Shown here: piece after piece, positions 16,230 through 24,277 of the stretch
Layout: the number at the start of each line of letters is the position of its first letter
Position numbering within the stretch: the first letter of the stretch is position 1
Notes under the pieces: generated by a model
Told to the model about the DNA's origin: nothing
The model's database searches: none
Seen by the model: the letters and a program-made list of their open reading frames with translations, nothing else
Program-made: the position numbers and the translations under genes
From: Gammaproteobacteria bacterium
GTDB lineage: Bacteria > Pseudomonadota > Gammaproteobacteria > Steroidobacterales > Rariloculaceae
Reading direction: 5' to 3'
Assembly (NCBI GenBank): GCA_035644475.1
Contig: DASQOL010000018.1
Span: 15,495-79,494 of the forward strand
Length of the DNA: 64,000 nt

Positions 16230-18689
16230 TCACTCATACCGCAGCGCGTGCACGGGGTGCGCGCGACCGGCCTTGAGCGACTGCACGGCGACCGTCGCAT
16301 AGGCTATCGCGAGCCCCGCGACGGCGGCGCCGAGGAACGGCAGCGGGCTCATCGCCGTGCGGTACGCGAACCCGTCGAGCCACTTGTCCATCGCGAAGTA
16401 CGCCCCCACGCACGCGAGCGGCGCCGCGATCAGCACGAGCACGACCGTCCGCTGCGCGAGCAGCATCACGATCTGGCTCGTGCGCGCGCCGAGCACCTTG
16501 CGCACGCCGATCTCGCGCGTGCGCTGCGCGGCGGTGAACGACGCGAGGCCGAACAGCCCGAGGCACGCGATGAAGATGCAGAGCCCCGCGAAGATCGCGA
16601 TCAGCCTCGTGAGCCGCGTGTCCGACAAGTACAGCTGGTCGAGCGAGTCGTCGAGGAACTTGAACTCGAAGGGATGCTCCGTATCGAACTTCCGCATCGT
16701 GTTGCGGATGTGGTCGATCGTGCCCTGCACGTCCTTACCCGAGATGTTCACCGCGAGGATCCGATTCTGGAACGGACGCTGCGGGGGCGGCACCTGGGCG
16801 AAGTTCTCGTTGATCCGGTAGACCGCGAACGGCGCGATCTCGTCGTGCACGGACCGGAAGTTGAAGTTCTTGACGACGCCGACCACGGCGCCCTTCTGCG
16901 CGCTCGGACCCAGCCCGATCTCGAAGCGCTTGCCGATAGGCTCCTTCCACCGCAGCATCTTCACGGCCGCCTCGTTCACCACGATCGCCGAGATACCGGC
17001 GCCGAGATCCTGTTCGTTCGGCGCGCGCCCCGCCAGCACCTGCATGCCCATCACGTCGAAGAACTCGGGTCCCACGCCCATGTGGATCAACGACGTCGAC
17101 TCGAAGACGCCGTCGTTGTTCTCCAGGTTCAGCACGTTGATGTTGAAGCCGCCGCCCATCATCGACGCGCTCCAAGACACGCCGAGCACGTTCGGATTCG
17201 TGAGCAGCTCGGTTCTGATCGCCTCGCTGCGCTCGACCACGTCGGCGCCGCGCATCGTGACGACCACCCGGTTCTCCTTCTCGAAGCCGAGCGACATCGA
17301 TGCCACGTAGCTCATCTGCCGCGCCATCAGCAGAGTGCTCGCGATCACGGCAATCGAGATCGTGAACTGCAGAAGCACGAGCGCTTCGCGCAGCCCGCTG
17401 TTGCCTGACCCGCCCTTCTTGCCACTCACGAGCGCGGATACCGGCACGATCGAGGACAAATAGAACGCCGGGTAGAGGCCCGCGCCGAGCCCGATCGCGA
17501 GCGCCAGACCCACGATCGAGGCCGCCACCCTGGCGGGCGAGCCCAGACCGCCCAAGGCGATCTGCTTGCCGAACAGGGTGTCCAGTGGCGTGAACGCGGA
17601 GGCGGCCTCGACGAGCAGCACGCCGAGCACCACGGCGATTCCGGCCAACAACACGGACTCCGCGAGGAACTGCGCCACGAGTGCCGTGCGCTTCGACCCC
17701 ATGATCTTGCGCATTCCGACCTCTTTAGCGCGCTTGCTGGCACGCGCCGTCGCCAGGTTCATGTAGTTGATGCCGGCCACGAGCAGTGTGAACACCGCGA
17801 CCGCGATGAAGCCGTAGATGTAATAGCGGTTGCCGGTCGAGATGTCGTTCGGCAGGTCGGAATAGAGATGGATTCGGTCGAGCGGCTGGATCCACGCGCG
17901 CCAACTTGCGTTGAGGCGCGCGCTGATGTCGCTCATGTTCCGGTCGAAGAACGCTTTGGACACGTCGGCGAACTTGGCCGCGTCGTAACCTTCGGGCATC
18001 AGCAGATATGTGAAGAGAGCCACGTTGTAGAGCCGGTTGCGCCGCTGGTTGATGTCGTCCGGCACGGTGAACTGCTGCTGCGTGGTGGAGAACAACACGT
18101 CGTATTTCAACGTCGTGTTCTCGGGTAGGTCGTCGAACACCAGCGTGATCTTGAACTCGGAGCCGTTCTCGATGTTGATCGTCTCGCCGAGCGGATTGCG
18201 GTCGCCGAAGTATTTCTGCGCGAACTTGCGGCTCACGGCCACCGACGTCGGCTCGACGAGCGCCGTTTTCGGATCGCCGTAGAGGATCTTGTGCGTGAAC
18301 ACCTCGAACACGTTGGGGTCGGTAGTGGACACGTTCTCCCAGTAGTAACCGACGTCACCGTGTTTGATGAACCGCTGGTTGCCGCCTCCACCGCCCTGGA
18401 AACGCACGAATGCCTGGACGTCGGCATTCTCGTCCTTGAGCATCGGTCCGAGCATCCCCGACGTGGCCGCGAACGTGTCGACCTTGCCGTTGATCGTAAA
18501 CTCGTTCACGACGCGGTAGATGCGCTTGTAGTTGACGTGGCTCTGGTCGTAGGTGAGCTCGCTGCGCAGATAGACGCCGAGGATCAGGCAGCACGCCACG
18601 GCGAGCGCGAGTCCGGCCACGTTGATCAACGCGTAAGCCTTGTCGCGGGCGAGGGTCCGCAACGCGACCTTGAGCACGCTCGTGTTCAT
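16230..18689 (-). CDS. Duplicated FtsX/MacB-type ABC transporter permease (orphan fifth paralog)
   Basis: 819 aa. N-terminus MNTSVLKVALRTLARDKAYALINVAGLALAV, two FtsX-type 4-TM modules each preceded by a large periplasmic domain, and a C-terminus ...HALRYE like the four tandem paralogs at 33450-43373. No ATPase gene is adjacent. Confidence 0.85.
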   Translation of the reverse strand: MNTSVLKVALRTLARDKAYALINVAGLALAVACCLILGVYLRSELTYDQSHVNYKRIYRVVNEFTINGKVDTFAATSGMLGPMLKDENADVQAFVRFQGGGGGNQRFIKHGDVGYYWENVSTTDPNVFEVFTHKILYGDPKTALVEPTSVAVSRKFAQKYFGDRNPLGETINIENGSEFKITLVFDDLPENTTLKYDVLFSTTQQQFTVPDDINQRRNRLYNVALFTYLLMPEGYDAAKFADVSKAFFDRNMSDISARLNASWRAWIQPLDRIHLYSDLPNDISTGNRYYIYGFIAVAVFTLLVAGINYMNLATARASKRAKEVGMRKIMGSKRTALVAQFLAESVLLAGIAVVLGVLLVEAASAFTPLDTLFGKQIALGGLGSPARVAASIVGLALAIGLGAGLYPAFYLSSIVPVSALVSGKKGGSGNSGLREALVLLQFTISIAVIASTLLMARQMSYVASMSLGFEKENRVVVTMRGADVVERSEAIRTELLTNPNVLGVSWSASMMGGGFNINVLNLENNDGVFESTSLIHMGVGPEFFDVMGMQVLAGRAPNEQDLGAGISAIVVNEAAVKMLRWKEPIGKRFEIGLGPSAQKGAVVGVVKNFNFRSVHDEIAPFAVYRINENFAQVPPPQRPFQNRILAVNISGKDVQGTIDHIRNTMRKFDTEHPFEFKFLDDSLDQLYLSDTRLTRLIAIFAGLCIFIACLGLFGLASFTAAQRTREIGVRKVLGARTSQIVMLLAQRTVVLVLIAAPLACVGAYFAMDKWLDGFAYRTAMSPLPFLGAAVAGLAIAYATVAVQSLKAGRAHPVHALRYE

Positions 18690-18814
18690 CGTCTTAGGTC
18701 CCCCCGGATTGACGCGTAGAGTTTAGCCCAGCACGCGGCGCGGCGCGGCGCGTCCCGCCGGTCGCGGGTGGAAGGCGAGCTGGAGATAATGAGAGTCGCC
18801 GGCAGCGGGCTGGC

Positions 18815-20062
18815 ATGTGCCGCGGCGCGGCGACGAGGTACGGCGAGATGTTGCAAGCGAAAGCATGGCGGCGGCCGGTCGTCGCGCGCAGCCATGGCGA
18901 AGGCCATCGGCAGGCGTCGTGGCTCGAGCTGCTGTTCGACCTGTCGTTCGTGATCGCGGTAGCGCAGGCCGCGCTCCAGCTCGAGCACCGGCTCGCCGAA
19001 GGCCATCCGGACGCCGCGGTCGTCTCATATCTATTGGTGTTTGCGGCGATCTGGTGGGCCTGGATGTCGTTCACCTGGTTCGGCAACGTCTTCGACACGG
19101 ACGACGTGCCCTATCGACTATGGATGCTCTTGATGATCGCAGGGTCGCTCGGCCTCGCGGCCGGTGTGCCCCGGATCGCGGAGCTCGACTTCAGGATCGG
19201 GGTGTCGTCCTACGTCGTGATGCGGCTCGCCTACGTCGCCCAGTGGCTGAGGGTGCTCCAAAGCCGCGACCCCACCTGGCGGCCGATCGCTTGGAAGGTC
19301 ATCGTTCTGACGACGCTGAACCAGGCGGGCTGGGTGGCTTTCCTTTACTGCCCGCTCGAGTGGCGGCTGCCCGTGTTCGTCTTTTGGTTCGCGGCCGACG
19401 TCGCGACGCCGGTGATCGCCGGCTGGGACGCGCGGCTCGGCGGCCATCGCGGACATATCGTGGAGCGCTACGGGCTGTTCACGCTGATCGTGCTCGGCGA
19501 GTCGATCGCCGCCGCCACGGTCGCGGTGGGCCGCGCCGTCGAGACGCAGGCCGCGGCGCTACCGCTGCTCGTGCTCGCGGTCGGCGGGCTCGTGATCGTG
19601 TTCTCGATCTGGTGGATCTACTTCGACTTGAGCGCGGGCGGCCACGGCCGCCAGGCCGCGGCGCCCGGCCGCGCCGCGCAAATCGTCTGGGGCTACGGGC
19701 ACTACTTCGTGTTCGCGTCGCTGGCGGCGATCGGCGCGGGGCTTGCGCTCGCCGTCGAACGGCTCACCGAGCGCGAGAACGTAGCGCTGCCGGACACGGG
19801 CGTCGCGCTCGCGATCGGCGCCGCCGTGGCCGTGTTCCTGCTCGCGGTGGCCGCGATCGAAGCCGCCGACGAGGGCGCCTACGCGCTACGCGACGCGCTT
19901 GTGAAGCTCGGCGGTGCGCTCGCGGCGCTCGGCGCCGCGCTCGCCGCGCCCGCGCCCGCGCTCGGCGTCGCGGGCAGCGTGCTCGCGATCGGGCTCGTGC
20001 TGGCCGCGATGGTTTGTTACGGCGTCGTGCTCCAGCAGCGGATGTACGCCGCCGCACGCTGA
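18815..20062 (+). CDS. Low-temperature-requirement protein A (LtrA) family membrane protein
   Basis: ASWLELLFDLSFVIAVAQAA is the LtrA N-terminal signature, followed by ~10 TM segments. The start may instead be ATG 18848 (MLQAKAW...). Confidence 0.7.
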   Translation: MCRGAATRYGEMLQAKAWRRPVVARSHGEGHRQASWLELLFDLSFVIAVAQAALQLEHRLAEGHPDAAVVSYLLVFAAIWWAWMSFTWFGNVFDTDDVPYRLWMLLMIAGSLGLAAGVPRIAELDFRIGVSSYVVMRLAYVAQWLRVLQSRDPTWRPIAWKVIVLTTLNQAGWVAFLYCPLEWRLPVFVFWFAADVATPVIAGWDARLGGHRGHIVERYGLFTLIVLGESIAAATVAVGRAVETQAAALPLLVLAVGGLVIVFSIWWIYFDLSAGGHGRQAAAPGRAAQIVWGYGHYFVFASLAAIGAGLALAVERLTERENVALPDTGVALAIGAAVAVFLLAVAAIEAADEGAYALRDALVKLGGALAALGAALAAPAPALGVAGSVLAIGLVLAAMVCYGVVLQQRMYAAAR

Positions 20063-20066
20063 CGCT

Positions 20067-21023
20067 TCACGGAATTTCGCGGTGACCTTCGGCGAGCGCG
20101 TTCGGCACCACGACGGGCCCGGCTCGCGCCTGCGACGCGCGATACTCTCGCCATAGAATAATGAGACCGGCCGCGATCACGAGCGGCGCGCCGATCCACA
20201 CGGAGACGTACGGCGTCTCGCCGAAGAAGAAGTAGCCGTAGAGCACGGCGAACAGCAGATTCGCGTAGTCGAGCGGCGCGATCATCGACGCCTCGGCGTA
20301 GCGATACGACCACGTCATCAGCAGCTGGCCGAACACGCCAAGCACGCCGATCAGCACGATGAACGTCCATTGCTCGGCCGTCGGCATCGGCCAGCCGGCG
20401 ACGGCCGTGAACGCCGCGACGATCATCGAGGTCATAGAGAAATAGAACGTGATCGTGATCGCGTGCTCGCCGCCGCTGCCGCTCATGCTGCGCAGGAACA
20501 TCATCGCCACCGCCGAGAACACGGCCGCGCCGAGCGATAGCCCTACGCCGAGCGAGCCGCCGCCGAACGACAGATGCGGTCCCACCATGATCAGCACGCC
20601 GGCGAAGCCGACGCCAAGCGCCGTCCAGCGATAGGCGTGGATCCGCTCGCCGAGAAACAGCATCGCGAGCACGGTGAGGAACATCGGCGCAGTGAACGTG
20701 ATCGCGGTGAAGTCGGCGAGCGGGATCAGCGTAAGCGCAGTGAACCAGCAGAACATGCTGGCCGTGCCCGACAGCGAGCGCAGCGCGTGCGACCTCAAGT
20801 TTGCCGTCTTGAGCAGATGCAGGCCCTCGACGCGCCACGCGATGAACGCGAGCACGACGAGCGAGATCAGGCCGCGCACGAACACGGTCTCGCCGCTGGG
20901 GATCGCCGCGCCGAGGTACTTGACGCACGCGGCCATGCTCGCGAGGAACAGCACGGACACGAGCTTGAGCAACGCGCCCCGAATCGGGTGCGCTTGGTGG
21001 GCATGCGACAAGGGAGGCACCAC
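20067..21023 (-). CDS. EamA/DMT-family transporter
   Basis: 318 aa with 10 predicted TM segments in a two-fold EamA repeat pattern (LLKLVSVLFLASMAACVKYLG...; ...PLVIAAGLIILWREY). The start (GTG 21023) is uncertain. Confidence 0.8.
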   Translation of the reverse strand: MVPPLSHAHQAHPIRGALLKLVSVLFLASMAACVKYLGAAIPSGETVFVRGLISLVVLAFIAWRVEGLHLLKTANLRSHALRSLSGTASMFCWFTALTLIPLADFTAITFTAPMFLTVLAMLFLGERIHAYRWTALGVGFAGVLIMVGPHLSFGGGSLGVGLSLGAAVFSAVAMMFLRSMSGSGGEHAITITFYFSMTSMIVAAFTAVAGWPMPTAEQWTFIVLIGVLGVFGQLLMTWSYRYAEASMIAPLDYANLLFAVLYGYFFFGETPYVSVWIGAPLVIAAGLIILWREYRASQARAGPVVVPNALAEGHREIP

Positions 21024-21026
21024 GCG

Positions 21027-21094
21027 GAAAATGGGGACATGTTACGTTTTCGGGGCGCGACTTTCCTCGAAAAACGTAACATGTCCCTGTTTTC
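21027..21094. repeat. GGGACATGTTrC-core inverted repeat element, copy A
   Basis: GAAAATGGGGACATGTTACGTTTTCGGGG ... CCTCGAAAAACGTAACATGTCCCTGTTTTC. The perfect 17-bp core is GGGACATGTTACGTTTT. It belongs to the same family as the copies at 47066-47150 and 59709-59807. Confidence 0.8.
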
Positions 21095-21174
21095 TTGGCG
21101 GACTCCTCCGGCTCGACCGTATTAAGCAAGTGGTAACGACAAACAAGGCGGTTCGGCGCGGCCGGATACGGTTG

Positions 21175-21720
21175 ATGCCTTCGCTACGCGATTCCTCCCC
21201 TCGCGGCACCGATCCGCACGCCGAGTTCGTTACCGGCTTGTTCGAGCGTTGCCGCCGCGCGCTGCTCAAGTATCTCGTCGATCTCTTGTCGCGGCGCGAG
21301 GACGCCGAGGACGTGGTGCAAGAGACCTACCTCCGACTCATGAACGCGAGAACGCTCGAGCGCTCCGACGCGCGCGCCCGCGCGTTCCTATTCAAGGTCG
21401 CGACCAACCTCGCCTACGACCGCTTCCGCGAGCGCCGCGTACGCGGCGCGCAATCCGACGCCGAGCTCGGCGACCTCGCGAGCGACGCGCCGTCACCAGA
21501 GCGCATCGTCGCGCTCGAGCAAGGCGTCGAGATCGTGAAGCGCACGCTGCTCGAGCTCACGCCGCGCTGCCGCCAGGTGTTCCTGTTGCGCACGTCCGCC
21601 GAGCTCGGCTACGACGAGATCGCGAAGCGCCTGGGCTTGAGCAAACGCACGGTGGAGCGCGAGATGCAGATCGCGCTCGAGATCTGCCAGGAACGCCTGC
21701 AACCGGAGCGCAACCGATGA
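21175..21720 (+). CDS. ECF (group IV) sigma-70 factor, FecI-like
   Basis: Region 2 motif EDAEDVVQETYLRL...FLFKVATNLAYDRFR. Region 4 motif RCRQVFLLRTSAELGYDEIAKRLGLSKRTVEREM. Confidence 0.88.
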   Translation: MPSLRDSSPRGTDPHAEFVTGLFERCRRALLKYLVDLLSRREDAEDVVQETYLRLMNARTLERSDARARAFLFKVATNLAYDRFRERRVRGAQSDAELGDLASDAPSPERIVALEQGVEIVKRTLLELTPRCRQVFLLRTSAELGYDEIAKRLGLSKRTVEREMQIALEICQERLQPERNR

Positions 21721-22682
21721 GCCGCGAGCCGCAAACGTCGCCGACCGATCCGCGCTCCGCCGCCGAGTGGTTCGTGGCGCTCGACACTGCGAGCGCCGGC
21801 GACGATTCGCGTGACCCGACCGGGGGCGACGACGCGCGGGCCGCGGCCTGGATGGACGAATCCGCCGACAACGACGCCGCGCTCGCGCGCTGCGCGGCCG
21901 CCGTCGCGATCGCGCGTGGGCTCGCCGACGATCCGCAGCTGCGCTGGGCGTACGACGAGGCCGCGGCCATCGCGAGCGGCGACGCACGAGCCCGCGGCGA
22001 CGGCGCGCACCGCAGCGCGCGCCGCTGGCTCGCGTGGACCGGCGCCGGGGTCGCCGCGGCCGCGGTGGCCGCCGCGCTCGTCCTGTCGTTGCGCTCGCCA
22101 CCGCCCACGACGGCCGAGCGCCCCCCGGTCGTGTCGCACGCGGCCGAGATCGTCGCCCGCGCGGCCCCGGTCGCGCCCGTGGTCCTGCTGCCGGGCGGCG
22201 TGGCGGTGGACGCGAACTCGGTGGCCGTATTGCCGTTCGCATTCGCCGCCGACGACGACAGCGCGGACGCCGACGGCGGCGCCCTGCTCCAGAACGCGAT
22301 CGTCGCGGACCTCGCCGCAGTGCCGGGAGTCTACGTGCGCGGTGGCGCGGTCGTCGCGCCCTACGCGCACACGGACTTGTCCGCAGCCGAGATCGGCGTG
22401 CTGCTCGGCACCCGCGGCATCGTGAGCGGCCAAGTCGAGTTGCACGCGGCCGGCGTGAGCGTCCACGCGCAGCTGACGGACGCCGCGACCAACGACGTCG
22501 TCTGGCGCGCCGACTACGACACGACGCTCGGCGAGCTGCGCTCCGTCAGCGCGGCGCTCGTCGACGGCATCGCCGCCACGCTCGTCGACCCGACACTGCG
22601 CCGCAGCGCGCTGCGCGCCGCGAGCTCGGCGCGCGGCGACAACACGCTCGCGTCCGTCGCGGAGCCCGCGTTCGACCGCTGA
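21717..22682 (+). CDS. Anti-sigma factor (FecR/DUF4880-like N-terminus) with one TM and a TolB-N-like periplasmic domain
   Basis: ATGA start/stop overlap with the sigma gene. N-terminus AAEWFVALD...AAAWMDES..., TM WLAWTGAGVAAAAVAAALVL. Periplasmic part VAVLPFAFAADDD...IVADLAAVPGVYV...IGVLLGTRGIVSGQVE...VSVHAQLTDAATNDVVW matches the TolB-N-like module seen in many signalling proteins. Confidence 0.7.
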   Translation: MSREPQTSPTDPRSAAEWFVALDTASAGDDSRDPTGGDDARAAAWMDESADNDAALARCAAAVAIARGLADDPQLRWAYDEAAAIASGDARARGDGAHRSARRWLAWTGAGVAAAAVAAALVLSLRSPPPTTAERPPVVSHAAEIVARAAPVAPVVLLPGGVAVDANSVAVLPFAFAADDDSADADGGALLQNAIVADLAAVPGVYVRGGAVVAPYAHTDLSAAEIGVLLGTRGIVSGQVELHAAGVSVHAQLTDAATNDVVWRADYDTTLGELRSVSAALVDGIAATLVDPTLRRSALRAASSARGDNTLASVAEPAFDR

Positions 22683-22706
22683 GCATCCGTCTCGTCTCGA
22701 TCGACC

Positions 22707-23402
22707 ATGCACAGGAGTCGTCTCATGAAATCGCGAAGCTTCATTCACCTCGGCCTCGCTGCCTCGATCGCGCTGCTCGCAGCAACGCCGGCCGTTGCTC
22801 AAGTACGGGCCGGTGGCGCGCCGCAGCAAATCCAGCAACAGGGGCAACCTCAGCAGCAGGCGCCGCAACAGGGGCAAGGCCAACAACCAGCGCCGCAAGT
22901 GGGGTTCGCGGTGCCCCCACCGAACTTGCCGCCGGCGGAGCCGCTACCGACGGTCGCGCTGTCTGACGTGCTCGCGCGTGTCGCGCGCAACTCCAACAAG
23001 GAATTCCTGATGGAGATCCGCACCCCGCAGCAGATCTTCCTCGGCGGAGCGCGGATCGAAGACGTGACCTATCCGCTGCTGCTATCGATCCTACGCGCCA
23101 ACGGTCTCGCCGCCGCCACGATCGAAGGCCGCGTCAACATCGTGCGCGACAGCGACATCCGCGCCTACCCGCTGCCGATGGTGAACGCCGACGACCCGAA
23201 GATCCCAGCCGACGAATGGGTGCAGCGCATCATCACCACGAGCTCGATCGACACGGCGCAGCTCGTGCCGGTCCTGCGGCCGATGTTGCCCCAATCGGCG
23301 CACATGGCCGCGTCTCCGCCGCGATCGCTGATCGTGGTCGATCGCTACGCGAACGTGAAGCGCATCACCGAGACGGTCAAGGCCCTCGACCGAGCGCAGT
23401 AG
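22707..23402 (+). CDS. Stand-alone periplasmic secretin N-terminal (N0/N1, GspD-like) domain protein with a Gln/Pro-rich linker; no pore domain
   Basis: Signal peptide ...LLAATPAVAQ, then QQIQQQGQPQQQAPQQGQGQQPAPQ. An N0-like segment follows (LSDVLARVARNSNKEFLMEIR...LLLSILRANGLAAATIEGRVNIV), then an N1-like segment (VQRIITTSSIDTAQLVPVLRPMLPQSAHMAASPPRSLIVVDRYANVKRITETVKALD). Only 231 aa. Confidence 0.65.
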   Translation: MHRSRLMKSRSFIHLGLAASIALLAATPAVAQVRAGGAPQQIQQQGQPQQQAPQQGQGQQPAPQVGFAVPPPNLPPAEPLPTVALSDVLARVARNSNKEFLMEIRTPQQIFLGGARIEDVTYPLLLSILRANGLAAATIEGRVNIVRDSDIRAYPLPMVNADDPKIPADEWVQRIITTSSIDTAQLVPVLRPMLPQSAHMAASPPRSLIVVDRYANVKRITETVKALDRAQ

Positions 23403-23533
23403 CCGCAGGAGCTCGAAGCGGGTCCCGCGCCGCGCCCCAACTCTCGGACGTCTCCTCCCCAAGGACCGCTGACAGTGGCCGGCGCGGGATCCGCGCTCGG
23501 GGACGCCGCAGTGAACGGCCGCGTCGCCCCGGG

Positions 23534-23561
23534 TTGTACCCGCGTCCGAGCGTGCGATACT
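23534..23561 (+). promoter_or_regulatory. Putative sigma-70 promoter (TTGTAC-16-TGcGATACT)
   Basis: -35 TTGTAC at 23534-23539 and extended -10 TGCGATACT ending at 23561. The GTG start at 23569 lies 7 nt downstream, which implies a leaderless or near-leaderless mRNA. Confidence 0.35.
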
Positions 23562-23568
23562 GCGCGCC

Positions 23569-24204
23569 GTGAGTAGCGTGACCGTCCCCGCCGCTCGAGG
23601 CCACCGGCCCCTCGCCGCGCTGCTGATCGCCGCGATGCTCGCGGCGCTCACCTTCTGGGTGGCCGCCGCCCTGCCCTATCTCCGGTTCGACCCGGCGCAA
23701 TTCGGCGACCTCTGGTCGCGGCGCTATCCGCTCCTCGTCCACATCGCGGGCGGCAGCGTGGCCCTGCTCATTGGACCGCTGCAGCTCTGGCTCGGCGCGA
23801 CGCGCCGCCGCCTCGATTGGCATCGCACGCTCGGCACTCTCTACGTGGTCGGCGTGACCGTCGGCGTGCTCGGCGCGTTCTATCTCGCGCTGACGACGCC
23901 GGGCGGCTGGATCTACTCGTGGGGGCTCATCGGGCTCGGCGTCGCGTGGACCATCACGACCGCGATGGCCTACGTCGCGATCCGCCGCCGCGCGCTCGAC
24001 CAGCACCGCGAGTGGATGATTCGGAGCTACGTCGTGACGCTCGCGTTCGTGCTGTTTCGCGCGCTCGTCGTCGAGTTCGGCGCGCTCGGCGTCGGCACGC
24101 CGGGGGAGCAAGCGGCGCTCGCGGCGTGGTTCTGTTGGGCCGTACCGCTGCTGCTCACGGAGCCGGTGCTTCAGCTTCGCAAGCTCGGTGCGGTGACGGC
24201 CTGA
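23569..24204 (+). CDS. DUF2306-family membrane protein
   Basis: 211 aa with 5-6 TM segments. HIAGGSVALLIGPLQLW...HRTLGTLYVVGV... is characteristic of DUF2306. Confidence 0.7.
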   Translation: MSSVTVPAARGHRPLAALLIAAMLAALTFWVAAALPYLRFDPAQFGDLWSRRYPLLVHIAGGSVALLIGPLQLWLGATRRRLDWHRTLGTLYVVGVTVGVLGAFYLALTTPGGWIYSWGLIGLGVAWTITTAMAYVAIRRRALDQHREWMIRSYVVTLAFVLFRALVVEFGALGVGTPGEQAALAAWFCWAVPLLLTEPVLQLRKLGAVTA

Positions 24205-24217
24205 GGAGCCGCCCACA

Positions 24218-24246
24218 TTAACAACGGCCCGTGGCGGTGCGATACT
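24218..24246 (+). promoter_or_regulatory. Putative sigma-70 promoter (TTAACA-17-TGcGATACT)
   Basis: -35 TTAACA at 24218-24223 and -10 GATACT at 24241-24246. The 16-mer GTGCGATACTGCGCGC is identical to that at 23552-23567. Confidence 0.4.
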
Positions 24247-24277
24247 GCGCGCGCCACTCATCGCGCGGGGGAACACG

